Both the position numbers and the translations under genes were made by a program. Below are positions 1 to 9,331 of a DNA stretch of 27,647 nucleotides, piece by piece. Position 1 is the stretch's first letter; each line of letters starts with the position of its first letter. The notes beneath the pieces are model-generated. The model ran no database searches and was not told where the DNA came from. It saw nothing but the letters and a program-made list of their open reading frames with translations. Origin of the DNA: Desulfosoma sp. (GTDB lineage: Bacteria; Desulfobacterota; Syntrophobacteria; Syntrophobacterales; DSM-9756); assembly GCA_037481835.1 (NCBI GenBank), contig JBBFKW010000023.1:1-27647 (forward strand), written 5' to 3'.

Positions 1-51
1 ACCACATCCAAGCAAAATCAACACCTTACACACAAAAGTGACAAACTTGGG
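1..51. mobile_element. Terminal segment of an insertion sequence lying left of the window (probably IS1634-like), terminal inverted repeat at 38-51
   Basis: GTGACAAACTTGGG (38-51) is the reverse complement of CCCAAGCTTGTCAC (27552-27565) at 13/14 positions. It is followed by CTAA (52-55); the other end is preceded by TTAA. A perfect IHF consensus WATCAANNNNTTR lies at 16-28. Family call is from recalled resemblance of the ends; no transposase is in the window. Confidence 0.55.
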
Positions 52-56
52 CTAAG

Positions 57-1361
57 ATGCCTCCTTCCCACAGACCTCCCACGGATTCGAGCCTACGGCG
101 CGCGATTCACGCCGCGCCGTGGGCGCTTCTCGTGGTCGCTCAATTCACCTTTGCTTTGCGTGCGGGAGAAAACCCACGGAGCGCTACGGACTCCCTCAAT
201 TTTGCCAACTTCTTACGCATTTTTCTTGTCTCTTCTTCCCTCACATGGTCCTCTTTGATCCTTTTGTTAAACGCCAAGAGCAGCTTTTTAAGTTTATTAC
301 GAATCTGCTTTCTCGGCTTTCTTTTTTATGCCGTCACAGGGACTATTTCCGGTAGTTACGCATCTCACCCATTTTACGCCATATGGAAATCCATAGAACT
401 GGCTGCCAGCATTCTGGCTGCAATCACAGCAGTTAGCATACCCACAGAGGATCATCTGGTTACATTTAATGAAGTCGTTATCGGTGTTTTATACTTGCTT
501 TTCTTTTCCGTATGTTTAGGCGCCATTGTATTCCCACAGAGAGCCTTTATACCATCACGAGGGATTTTTTCCTACATGCTTCAAGGGGCTATACTGCCGA
601 TCAACCCTAATTCCGTTGGGTTGATTGCGGCACTCGTCGCTATCCACACCTTTTCATCACTTTTAAACCCATTTCGCATGAATACAAAGATTTCAACATT
701 ATTGAGATTATTTTTCGCCTTAATCATCCTAATCCTCTCACAATCTAGAACCAGTCTGATCGGCTTTAGCGTTGCTTCCATTCTACTAATGCTCCTATAC
801 AAACGCATGTTTTTGCTTATTTTATGTAGCATCATAGGCTTTTCTCTATTTTTCCTAGGATATTATGATTTCATTGTGGCTTTTGTTATGAGAGGACAAA
901 GCCGCGATCTGTTTCTATCTTTTTCCGGACGGACATATATGTGGAAAACCGCATGGACATATTTTTTAAAATCACCTTTTATCGGGCATGGACTGGCATC
1001 TGCTGGGAGATTTGATCTTCTTGGAGGGGGACCGGCCAGCACGCTGCACGGAACCTTCGTCGAGGTAGCCGTTGGCACCGGCATCGTGGGTTTCTCGTTC
1101 TGGATTATTGCCCTAGTCGCTGGATGTGTCGCTATCTTGAAAGCCTCCATGATGGCAAGGCAAATCATTCTCAATAACCCTAATCCAACTTCATCACAGC
1201 GTATTAGCATCATAGCCATTCAGAATTGTGCACTAGCGATGGCAATCGGAATTCGGAGCCTCACAAGCTCTGATCTTGCGTTATATTCTCTTGGCTTCTT
1301 AATGTTTATCGCCTTTGTGGCCCAAGCGCATATCTACTGTACAGTTGTTAAGAGTTCGTAA
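57..1361 (+). CDS. O-antigen ligase / Wzy polymerase family membrane protein
   Basis: 434 aa, many hydrophobic helices. Motifs SQSRTS, SGRTYMW..AW..F..SPFIGHG and LHGTFVEVAVGTGIVG are typical of Wzy_C. AT-rich. ATG is 5 bp from the IS end with no RBS, so the 5' end may be altered. Confidence 0.8.
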   Translation: MPPSHRPPTDSSLRRAIHAAPWALLVVAQFTFALRAGENPRSATDSLNFANFLRIFLVSSSLTWSSLILLLNAKSSFLSLLRICFLGFLFYAVTGTISGSYASHPFYAIWKSIELAASILAAITAVSIPTEDHLVTFNEVVIGVLYLLFFSVCLGAIVFPQRAFIPSRGIFSYMLQGAILPINPNSVGLIAALVAIHTFSSLLNPFRMNTKISTLLRLFFALIILILSQSRTSLIGFSVASILLMLLYKRMFLLILCSIIGFSLFFLGYYDFIVAFVMRGQSRDLFLSFSGRTYMWKTAWTYFLKSPFIGHGLASAGRFDLLGGGPASTLHGTFVEVAVGTGIVGFSFWIIALVAGCVAILKASMMARQIILNNPNPTSSQRISIIAIQNCALAMAIGIRSLTSSDLALYSLGFLMFIAFVAQAHIYCTVVKSS

Positions 1362-1528
1362 AATGACTACCACAGGCATACATCCCATTACACGCTTGTG
1401 ATATACGTGCGTCTTTATGAAACTCACTAGAACCGCATTATGAACACTGTTTGTAGGGACAAAGATTGATGGCAATGCAAAACCGACTAATTTCTAATGT
1501 GTCGATATGGAAACCATAGAATTTCGGG

Positions 1529-2845
1529 GTGGCGCGATTGTTCAGGCAGATTCAAAAACTCATTGGCCTTGGAAAGGCTTTATCGATCAGCGTCGTCAGT
1601 CAGGCGCTCAGCAGCGCGACGAACTTCGCCATCACCATGTTTCTTGTGCGATGCATGGACAAGGCCGGTTTCGGCCTTTACAGCCTGGGCTTTTCCATGA
1701 TCCTGGTCCTTGCCGGTGTCATCACGGCCCCCATAGGCTCCCCATTTGTCGTCAACGTCCCGGATAAACCCCTTGAAAGCCGAAGAATCTACGCCGTCCA
1801 GCATGTATACCTCGTCATGCTGCTGGGCATCGCAGCGATTCTCCTGGGCGCGGTGATCTATTATGTGTCGATTCCTTTCCAGCTTGGAAGAAGCAACGTG
1901 ACGCCTTTGGCCTTGCCCCTGGCCTTCGCCGTGGCGGGATATAGCGTCCGGGATATCCTTATCCGAGTGGCCTACACGGAACGTCGAGAAGGGGTCGTTT
2001 TTGTCACCACGGTTACCGTCACGGTCGCAGTGATCTTATTATATACTATCGTCTTCTTATCATGCCGCACTATTTCACCGATGATAGCTCTTCTGGCCTA
2101 CGCTGGCGGGCAACTGGCCGGATGTACGGCAGGTTGGTTTCTCTTAAAGCTTCCCCTTTCGGGTTTGTGCTTCCGCGATCTCAAAGACGTTTTTCGGGAT
2201 CTTTGGCCTCTTGGAAGATGGAATTTTTCTACAAGCATCGTTTACAGTATTAGAATGCAAGGACACAATTTTGTCGTTGGGCCCCTTCTCGGGGCGGTTG
2301 CCCTCGGCGAGATCAACGCGGCGCGGGTTCTCATCACACCTGCGCTCCTAGCAATTCCCCCGTTGACACAAGTCCTGCTGCCCCGCCTCGCAGCAAAGCG
2401 GGTACAAGGCATCGCCCTTCTCTCCCGTGCTGCTCTCTTTGCCACGGGAGGGTTGATGGGGATTGTTGTGGTCTATATCACTTTTCTCCATATCTTTTCT
2501 CCTGGGTTATTGCTCCGAGTCCTCGGGCCGAGGTACGAGGGCGTTGGTCCATACGTTTCTGCCTGGAGTGCTGTTGCCTTGCTGCTTGCTATGCGTAACG
2601 GACTGACATTGGCCCTGGAAGCCCTCCGCTATTTTGGGGGTATCTTCGTTGCAAACGCCTTAGCAGCAGTGGTGGCTCTCGCGGGAGCATTTTTCCTTGT
2701 AAAACTTTTCGGTGCCGGTGGGGCTATCTGGGCACTCGTTACAGCCGAAGGGGTTCTATCTTTTTTCCTAATGGTTCTTTTGGCGCTCAGGATGCCTGAT
2801 ATTTGTTCCTCTGTTTTTTTTCGCAATTCACACAAGGGGCCATGA
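1529..2845 (+). CDS. wzx: Wzx-type polysaccharide flippase (MATE-like)
   Basis: 438 aa polytopic protein. N-terminal SQALSSATNF...LVR...FGLYSL and LLG...LG...AAR...P patterns, in an EPS locus. Confidence 0.8.
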   Translation: MARLFRQIQKLIGLGKALSISVVSQALSSATNFAITMFLVRCMDKAGFGLYSLGFSMILVLAGVITAPIGSPFVVNVPDKPLESRRIYAVQHVYLVMLLGIAAILLGAVIYYVSIPFQLGRSNVTPLALPLAFAVAGYSVRDILIRVAYTERREGVVFVTTVTVTVAVILLYTIVFLSCRTISPMIALLAYAGGQLAGCTAGWFLLKLPLSGLCFRDLKDVFRDLWPLGRWNFSTSIVYSIRMQGHNFVVGPLLGAVALGEINAARVLITPALLAIPPLTQVLLPRLAAKRVQGIALLSRAALFATGGLMGIVVVYITFLHIFSPGLLLRVLGPRYEGVGPYVSAWSAVALLLAMRNGLTLALEALRYFGGIFVANALAAVVALAGAFFLVKLFGAGGAIWALVTAEGVLSFFLMVLLALRMPDICSSVFFRNSHKGP

Positions 2846-4014
2846 TTATGAGACCGTCTTTATTAAGAAACCATACAATTCACGTGTGTCTTGTACAGCC
2901 GGTTCAGGCCCCTTATTGGACTGAGCGTATTCGGGCGTTGGCGTGCCATAAAGGGTTATCGGTCACTCTGATTCTAGAACGAGATTCTTTCGCCCACCGT
3001 CCCGGATGGGGCTTTCAACCCATTGACGGAGTCCGAACCGTCGTCTTGAACTCCGCAATCCTCGGCTCGGTACGGGAATGCCATGATTTGCGCTATACGA
3101 TTCGAGGAATTCGTTCTGTTCCATGGCAGTTGCCCTTTGCGCTCTCTCGCTTGAAACCCGACGTAATCGTTTTGTGCAATGCGACGCAAATGCTTCTTTG
3201 TCTGCCCTTAAAGTGGATGACCAGCTCATCCTTGGCGCTGATCGTGGAAGATACGCCCCATGCAGTACGGCTGCTCAGTCCCACGGCGCGACGATTCAAA
3301 GCCGCCCTGTACCGGCGCGCCGACGCATGGTTTGCCTTCAGTGAGGATGCGGTCGAATTCCTGGCATCCATAGGGATCCGAAACGGCGTCGTAAGGACTT
3401 CTTGGAGCGTGGACGTGGAAGAACTTGCGCCCCCGGAGGACGAAAACCTGAAACAAGACAATAACCGTCGCGTGCGCATAACGCTCGTGGGCGCTTTTAT
3501 CGAGAGCAAAGGAGTTCTCTTGCTGCTTCAGGCGTGGAACGGCCTCCCCGCCGATCTTCGGGAACAGGCCGAAGTGCTTCTTGCGGGAACGGGACCCCTT
3601 TTCAAGACAGCCCAAGAATACCTTGAACGCCATGAAATTCATGAAGTCCGTTTACTGGGGCAACTTCCCTATCCAGAGGTTTTGGATCTCTTGAAGAGCT
3701 CCGACCTTTTCGTTTTGCCAACGTTGCAAGATCTATTCAGCCTCACCGTGTTGGAAGCCATGGCCTGCGGCTGCCCGGTGATCACAACACCCTTCGCCGG
3801 AGCCAGGGAGCTTGTCCACGAAGGAATCAACGGGTGGCTCGTGGATCCCACCGATATAAAAGCCTTCATGAATGTTCTCAAAAGGGCTCTGAGCATGGAA
3901 CGGGAAGATCTGCGTCGCATGGGCGACGCCGCCAGAAAACGGGTGCAGACCATGGACAATAATCTTGTCATGGAACGCTTTGCTGAAGATCTCATAAAAA
4001 TTGCAGAAAAATGA
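2842..4014 (+). CDS. Glycosyltransferase family 4 (GT-B)
   Basis: VGAFIESKG and SDLFVLPTLQDLFSLTVLEAMACGCPVI motifs. Start placed at the ATGA overlap with the wzx stop (2842-2845). Confidence 0.9.
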   Translation: MIMRPSLLRNHTIHVCLVQPVQAPYWTERIRALACHKGLSVTLILERDSFAHRPGWGFQPIDGVRTVVLNSAILGSVRECHDLRYTIRGIRSVPWQLPFALSRLKPDVIVLCNATQMLLCLPLKWMTSSSLALIVEDTPHAVRLLSPTARRFKAALYRRADAWFAFSEDAVEFLASIGIRNGVVRTSWSVDVEELAPPEDENLKQDNNRRVRITLVGAFIESKGVLLLLQAWNGLPADLREQAEVLLAGTGPLFKTAQEYLERHEIHEVRLLGQLPYPEVLDLLKSSDLFVLPTLQDLFSLTVLEAMACGCPVITTPFAGARELVHEGINGWLVDPTDIKAFMNVLKRALSMEREDLRRMGDAARKRVQTMDNNLVMERFAEDLIKIAEK

Positions 4015-5432
4015 ATCACGTTCCCAAAAGGGCCGCCCACATGTCCGACTTTCCGCCCGATCCGCTTCCACCGGAGAGCCATTTCCTGCAAATGCTTTTC
4101 CAGGAATTCTCCAGGCGGCGGATTCCTTATGCCGTATTGCGCAACTACGAGATGCTGCCTTACAGTACCGGCGGCAGTGACCTTGACCTGGTTGTTTTAC
4201 CTGAATGCGCTTCACAATCGCTCTCCACCTTGAGCGCCAGCCTTACTGCCGTCGATGGAGCAATCTTGGGTGCATGGTCAATACCTCATTTCCTGAAGCT
4301 TTCGGCATACGGAAAGTCTGCTTTTTCGGAATCCGAATGGTGGGGTGTTGAGCTGGATCTTTTTTTTAGCGTTAAGCACGCTGGCGCTGCGGACCTACTT
4401 GAACTGTCATTGATAAAGAAAGGCCTTAAGTCGAGAAACGGGGTAAAAATCCTTCCTGTGCAGCCAGCCACGGCACTTGCAGCATTAAAGGAGCTTCTGA
4501 ACAACGGTACTGCTCCATCTCGTTACCTGCATCCAGCCAGGCAGCTGACCACCCATGAATGGGATGAGGTCAGCCGGTGGTTGGCACCCCTGGGGGACAA
4601 AGGTATTGCCCTTTTGCGCTCGGCCATTTGCGAAGCCCGGACGGACAACGAGCGGAAGGCCATCAGCCGCCGGCTGCGACGGCACATTCTCTGGCACGCC
4701 TTTCGGGGCTCGCCCATACGCTACGTGGTCAACCGATCCCATGTTTTCCTTTCCAAGGTCGCGCGAATGCTGCGCCCCCCGGGACTGGTGCTGGCCGTGC
4801 TGGGAACGGACGGATCCGGCAAATCCACGGCCATTTCCGCCATGGAACCGGTGCTTTCCCATGCCACCCACGGGGCTTTCCACGTCAAGCACCTGAGGCC
4901 GGGGTTGCTGCCTCCTCTCGCCAGATTCCGCGGGGTTCGAAGTGAACAGCCAGGGCCCGTGACGGACCCCCACGGTTCCACGCCGTCCGGTGCGGTGGGA
5001 TCCCTGGTTCGCGTTCTCTACCTTCTTCTGGACTATATCCTGGGCTACTGGATCCTCATTCGCCCGCAGATCGCCAAGCAGCCCGCCGTTTTCGTCTTTG
5101 ATCGCTATGCTTACGACATGGCGCTGGATCCCAGGCGGTTTCGCATCGGGCTCCCTCCCAAGTTTTTCCGCCGGCTGATTCGACTGGCCCCCAAACCGGA
5201 CCTCATCTTCTGCCTGCACGCTCCGGTCGATGTCATCGCTTCGCGGAAAAGTGAACTCCCAAGGGAGGAAATCGAAAAGCAGATCCAAGATCTCAAAGAT
5301 TTTGCCGAAAAAGAACGCCGTGCCGTCCTCATATCCACCGACGGCACCGTCGAGCAGGTTCGGGATCGAGTCCTGGATGCCCTCTTCCGGTTTTGCAAGA
5401 AGCGCAATGAACGAGCGTTTCCAGGATCTTGA
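4011..5432 (+). CDS. Fusion protein: N-terminal Pol-beta-superfamily nucleotidyltransferase-like domain plus C-terminal thymidylate-kinase-like P-loop domain
   Basis: YAVLRNYEMLP...GGSDLDLVV (DxD motif) and ELDLF; Walker A GTDGSGKST; FDRYAYD and PKPDLIFCLHAP...RK as in dTMP-kinase-like proteins. ATGA overlap with the upstream gene. Confidence 0.7.
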   Translation: MNHVPKRAAHMSDFPPDPLPPESHFLQMLFQEFSRRRIPYAVLRNYEMLPYSTGGSDLDLVVLPECASQSLSTLSASLTAVDGAILGAWSIPHFLKLSAYGKSAFSESEWWGVELDLFFSVKHAGAADLLELSLIKKGLKSRNGVKILPVQPATALAALKELLNNGTAPSRYLHPARQLTTHEWDEVSRWLAPLGDKGIALLRSAICEARTDNERKAISRRLRRHILWHAFRGSPIRYVVNRSHVFLSKVARMLRPPGLVLAVLGTDGSGKSTAISAMEPVLSHATHGAFHVKHLRPGLLPPLARFRGVRSEQPGPVTDPHGSTPSGAVGSLVRVLYLLLDYILGYWILIRPQIAKQPAVFVFDRYAYDMALDPRRFRIGLPPKFFRRLIRLAPKPDLIFCLHAPVDVIASRKSELPREEIEKQIQDLKDFAEKERRAVLISTDGTVEQVRDRVLDALFRFCKKRNERAFPGS

Positions 5433-6819
5433 CCCCGAGTTGGATTACCGCTTCGGCTGGCGGTGTCTGCTCCCTCTGCACCTGGGACGAAGGGTGAATT
5501 GCCTGGGTTTCACCACCAGAGAGAAGGATTTTCTCTACCATGTGATGGATGAACGCTCGCCGGAAGGAGAGACAGGCGCTCTTCAAGGCTGGATCATCAA
5601 CGCGGACGGAATCCATGTGAATGCCGTCCTCGCGGACATTCTCGCTCCGGACTCCAGCTGGTTCGCGGCCGTGGGAACGGGCCGGCGCCTTGCCCGCCTG
5701 AAAAATCTTGCAGCCGCCCATTACGAAATTGAGGAATATGCTTTGCTCCCCCCGAACCAGAGCCGGGTCGTGGTTCCCCTGGCGCCGCTGGGGGCTTTGC
5801 GGGCCGGATTGCACCTGCATCGTCCCGGGCGGAAAACCGCCCGGTGGGCCATCGCCCTTTCGAGCCTCCTGGCCCGTTTCGGCTGCACCCTCCCCCTGCG
5901 CAAAAAAGGGCTTTTCATCGGCATCCGGGACGAAGCCGCAAACGGATTCTCTTCCCACCCGGCAACGGCTTGTTCTCTGGAACCGCGGTTGAAGCCAAAG
6001 GATTTTCCTATAGACCCCCGCCGAATAACGCGGGGAAAGGCGGCACTCTACTTGGGAAATCCCGAACCGGGACGCAAGACCGTCCTCCTCCCGTTGGAAA
6101 AACTCCCCCCCCAAAAGATCATCAAAATGGGCGAAACGCCAACGGCGCGGCAGGCTCTCCAAAACGAAAAGGAAACCCTGGAGGTGCTCACCCGAACTCC
6201 TTTGAGGAACAACGTACCTGCCGTGCTGGACTGGCAAGAGAATTCCGCCGCCGCCCTATTGACTTTGGAATACCGGGAAAGAAGCCGGATATCGAGAAGG
6301 GTCATGGGCGAGGCCGTGGTGGATTTTTTGACCCTTCTGGCTTCTATGGACAGCCGGACCCTTCCGATGAAACGTTTCCTTGCGGACGATCCCCGTTTCC
6401 GCTTCATTCGCCGCTCCGAGGACGCCTTGCTTCAGGCGCTCGCGGAATGGCTGGAACGAAGAAGCGCAGCGGGAACCCAAGTTTTTCTCCACCGCGCCCA
6501 TGGGGACTTTGCTCCCTGGAACTATGCGTGGACGGGCCGAGGGCTCTTTGTTTTCGATTGGGAGGAAAGCCGAGCGGCGGAAACTGCTCTGGCGGATGCT
6601 TTTTCCTATGCCGTTTTTCCGGCTGTTTACGTTTCGGGCTTTCATGATCCGGTAAAGGTGCTTTCCGAGGCTCTGGCGTTGGCCGGTCGAGTGGCCGCTA
6701 AGGCGGGCTTGCGCCCCATGGATGTTCCGGTCCATGCTGTCCTATGGCTTTGCCCACGAATCCATCACCATGCACTCTACCGCACCCTACTCCGCATGGT
6801 TCTGGATCGGTTTCCATGA
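5407..6819 (+). CDS. APH/choline-kinase-like phosphotransferase with an uncharacterised N-terminal domain
   Basis: IIKMG (Lys), NEKETL (alphaC Glu), catalytic loop HGDFAPWN, metal-binding FVFDWE. ATG at 5407 overlaps the end of the previous gene. Confidence 0.75.
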   Translation: MNERFQDLDPELDYRFGWRCLLPLHLGRRVNCLGFTTREKDFLYHVMDERSPEGETGALQGWIINADGIHVNAVLADILAPDSSWFAAVGTGRRLARLKNLAAAHYEIEEYALLPPNQSRVVVPLAPLGALRAGLHLHRPGRKTARWAIALSSLLARFGCTLPLRKKGLFIGIRDEAANGFSSHPATACSLEPRLKPKDFPIDPRRITRGKAALYLGNPEPGRKTVLLPLEKLPPQKIIKMGETPTARQALQNEKETLEVLTRTPLRNNVPAVLDWQENSAAALLTLEYRERSRISRRVMGEAVVDFLTLLASMDSRTLPMKRFLADDPRFRFIRRSEDALLQALAEWLERRSAAGTQVFLHRAHGDFAPWNYAWTGRGLFVFDWEESRAAETALADAFSYAVFPAVYVSGFHDPVKVLSEALALAGRVAAKAGLRPMDVPVHAVLWLCPRIHHHALYRTLLRMVLDRFP

Positions 6820-8084
6820 CGCGCCGCCTGAAGATACTCCTTTCCGCCTACGCGTGCAGCCCCTTTCGTGGGTCCGAACCCGGCGTGGGTTGGGGATTCG
6901 TGAACGCCCTGGCACCCTTCCACGACCTGTGGGTCATCGTGGAGGAGGAAAAGTTCCGCGAGGACATCGAAACATACCTGGCGGAGCATCCGGAATTCCC
7001 CGATTCCGTTCGGTTTTTCTTTGTTCGGAAAAAACGCAACCGCAGCCTTCGCCGCATCTGGCCGCCGTCTTACTACTGGTACTATCGGGCCTGGCATCGG
7101 GACGCCTTTCGCCTCGCTCGTGACCTGCACCGCCGGGTCGGATTCGACCTGGTTCACCAGCTCACCATGGTGGGCTACCGGGAACCGGGCTATCTGTGGA
7201 AGCTGGGCATCCCCTTCGTCTGGGGGCCCGTGGGGGGCATGGGCTTTTTCCCGTGGCGGTTTCTGCACAAGGTGGGGATCTACGGGGCCATCTACTACGC
7301 CGGCTACAACCTCTTGAACGCTCTTCAGATGGTTTTTCTCTCCCGGCCCCGCCGGGCTGGCCGTGCGGCAGGGTGTGGCCTCATCGCCGCCACGCCGGAA
7401 AACGCCAGGCTGGCAGAACGCCTTTGGAAAAGCCGCTGCACGGTGCTCTGCGAGGTGGGCCTTCCTCCGGCCCTCCAAGAACACACGGTGCGACGGCGCT
7501 CGGAGGGCGAACCGCTCCGCATCGCCTGGAGCGGTCAGCATATACCCCGCAAAGCACTCAATCTCGGGCTGGAAGCCCTGGCACGGCTCCCCGGGACCAT
7601 CCCTTGGGAACTTCACGTGTTGGGGGAAGGAGCACGGACGCGGTCGTGGAAGAGGCTGGCCCGGCGGCTGGGGATGGCCCACCGGTGCCGCTTTCATGGG
7701 TGGATTCCCAGGGAGGAGGCGCTGGGGGTTTTGGCTCAGGCTCACCTTTTTCTCATCACGAGCCTTCGGGATCTCACGTCCACGGTGACCGTGGAGGCCC
7801 TGGCGGCGGGTCTCCCCATCGTCTGCCCGGACCACTGCGGGTTCGCCCACGTGGTGGACGAAAGCTGCGGCATACGCGTGCCCGTGACGCGCCCTTCCCA
7901 AACCATCGAGGCCCTGGCCCGAGCCGTGAGGACCCTTGCGGAAGATGAAGGTCTCCGACAGCGCTTGGCCGGCGGTGCCCTGGCGAGAGCCCGGGACTTC
8001 TCCTGGGACCGAAAGGCCGAGGTCGTGAACGAGATCTATCGAAAGCGCTTTCACGAAGCCGCGGCACGACACACGAGGACATGA
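6816..8084 (+). CDS. Glycosyltransferase family 4 (GT-B)
   Basis: KILLSAYACSPFRGSEPGVGW N-terminus, SGQHIPRKA, SLRDLTSTVTVEALAAGLPIV. ATGA overlap at 6816-6819. Confidence 0.9.
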   Translation: MTRRLKILLSAYACSPFRGSEPGVGWGFVNALAPFHDLWVIVEEEKFREDIETYLAEHPEFPDSVRFFFVRKKRNRSLRRIWPPSYYWYYRAWHRDAFRLARDLHRRVGFDLVHQLTMVGYREPGYLWKLGIPFVWGPVGGMGFFPWRFLHKVGIYGAIYYAGYNLLNALQMVFLSRPRRAGRAAGCGLIAATPENARLAERLWKSRCTVLCEVGLPPALQEHTVRRRSEGEPLRIAWSGQHIPRKALNLGLEALARLPGTIPWELHVLGEGARTRSWKRLARRLGMAHRCRFHGWIPREEALGVLAQAHLFLITSLRDLTSTVTVEALAAGLPIVCPDHCGFAHVVDESCGIRVPVTRPSQTIEALARAVRTLAEDEGLRQRLAGGALARARDFSWDRKAEVVNEIYRKRFHEAAARHTRT

Positions 8085-9331
8085 AGATTCTTCTGGTGCA
8101 CGAGTTCTACCGATCTTCCAGTCCGTCGGGGGAAGACGCCGTGTTTCGAAAGGAAGCGGACCTCCTTGCCCGTTCCGGCCAGCATGTGCGGCTCCTCTCC
8201 TTCGCCAACGACGCCATCGGCACTCCGGCGGGCCCATCATTATTTAGGACCGCCCTTTCCACCCCATGGTCCTTGATGGGCCGGAAAATGGTCCGGGACA
8301 CCGTGCGCCGCTTTCGACCGGACGTGGTTCACTTCCACAACACCTTTCCCGTCTTCAGCCAGGCCGCCTTATGGGAAGCCCGCAAAAGCGGTGCAGCCGT
8401 GGTGCAAACCCTGCACAACTACCGCTGGTTTTGCGCCAACGGGCTGCTGCTCCGCGGCGGGACCGTCTGCGATATCTGTCTTTACAAGCCACCCGTGGCG
8501 GCTCTTCGCCACCGCTGTTACCGCGGTTCCCTGACGGCCACCCTTCCCTTGGTCGTCAACATCGTGCTTCACCGCCTGCTCCAAACGGCGCGACGCGCCG
8601 TGGATCAGCTGGTGGTCCTCACTCCTTTCGCCAAGAGGCAACTCACCCGCTTGGGAATCCCCGGGGACTTGGTGTCGGTGAAACCCAACTTTTTTGATGA
8701 CTTCACCCCCCCGGGGGAAAGCCCCAACCGATGGGAACCCGGACGGGCGCAGTCCTGGATCTTTGTGGGGCGTCTCAAGGAAGAAAAGGGCGTGCAGCTG
8801 CTCCCTCGGGTCTGGGAGCGGCTGGGGCCCCACCGTCCGCTCCTGCGGATCGTGGGAGACGGTCCTTTACGGGAAAGGATCGCGTCTGAAATCCAATCGC
8901 GCGGCCTTGAAAACGTTCTGGTGCTGGAAGGGCTCCAGCCACCCTCCAGGGTGCAGGAACTTCTCAAGACGTCCGGCCTCCTCGTCTTCCCAACCCTCTG
9001 GTATGAAGGCTTTCCACTCACCCTAGGCGAAGCCTACGCGGCAGGGGTTCCTGTGGCGGGATCCCGCATCGGCGCCGTGGAGAGCCTGGTTCGCGAAGGG
9101 CGCACGGGCGTTCTCTTCCGGCCGGGGGATGTGGAAGACATGGCGGCCGTGCTCCGGCGGCTCCTGGAGGAACCTGCCCGGCTGGAAGACATGGGCCGGA
9201 AAGCCCGGCGCGAATACGAAGAACATTACACCCCGGACCGGAACCTTTCCATGCTCCTGGAGATTTACCAAAAGGCCATGGCCCGCAGAAACGCCGCCAC
9301 AAAGAAGCGCAAGGGCGGGAGGTCGGCATGA
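8081..9331 (+). CDS. Glycosyltransferase family 4 (GT-B)
   Basis: MKILLVH...SGE, PDVVHFHN, TLHNYR..C..G, FVGRLKEEKG, YEGFPLTLGEAYAAGVPV. ATGA overlap. Confidence 0.92.
   Translation: MKILLVHEFYRSSSPSGEDAVFRKEADLLARSGQHVRLLSFANDAIGTPAGPSLFRTALSTPWSLMGRKMVRDTVRRFRPDVVHFHNTFPVFSQAALWEARKSGAAVVQTLHNYRWFCANGLLLRGGTVCDICLYKPPVAALRHRCYRGSLTATLPLVVNIVLHRLLQTARRAVDQLVVLTPFAKRQLTRLGIPGDLVSVKPNFFDDFTPPGESPNRWEPGRAQSWIFVGRLKEEKGVQLLPRVWERLGPHRPLLRIVGDGPLRERIASEIQSRGLENVLVLEGLQPPSRVQELLKTSGLLVFPTLWYEGFPLTLGEAYAAGVPVAGSRIGAVESLVREGRTGVLFRPGDVEDMAAVLRRLLEEPARLEDMGRKARREYEEHYTPDRNLSMLLEIYQKAMARRNAATKKRKGGRSA

Noticed and set aside
1362..1528. Promoter or small gene in the AT-rich wzy-wzx spacer
   Set aside because: Only weak sigma-70-like hexamers and no credible ORF or structure.
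4790..5432. Calling the P-loop domain a housekeeping thymidylate kinase (tmk)
   Set aside because: It is fused to an NTase-like domain, has inserted segments and lies in a glycan operon; the substrate cannot be inferred.
5407..6819. Aminoglycoside resistance gene
   Set aside because: APH-fold motifs are shared by many small-molecule kinases; size and context point to glycan biosynthesis.
6777..8240. Long antisense ORFs (also 4485..5288, 16755..17663, 20141..21385, 24773..25951)
   Set aside because: Shadow ORFs opposite well-supported GC-rich genes, with no recognisable motifs.
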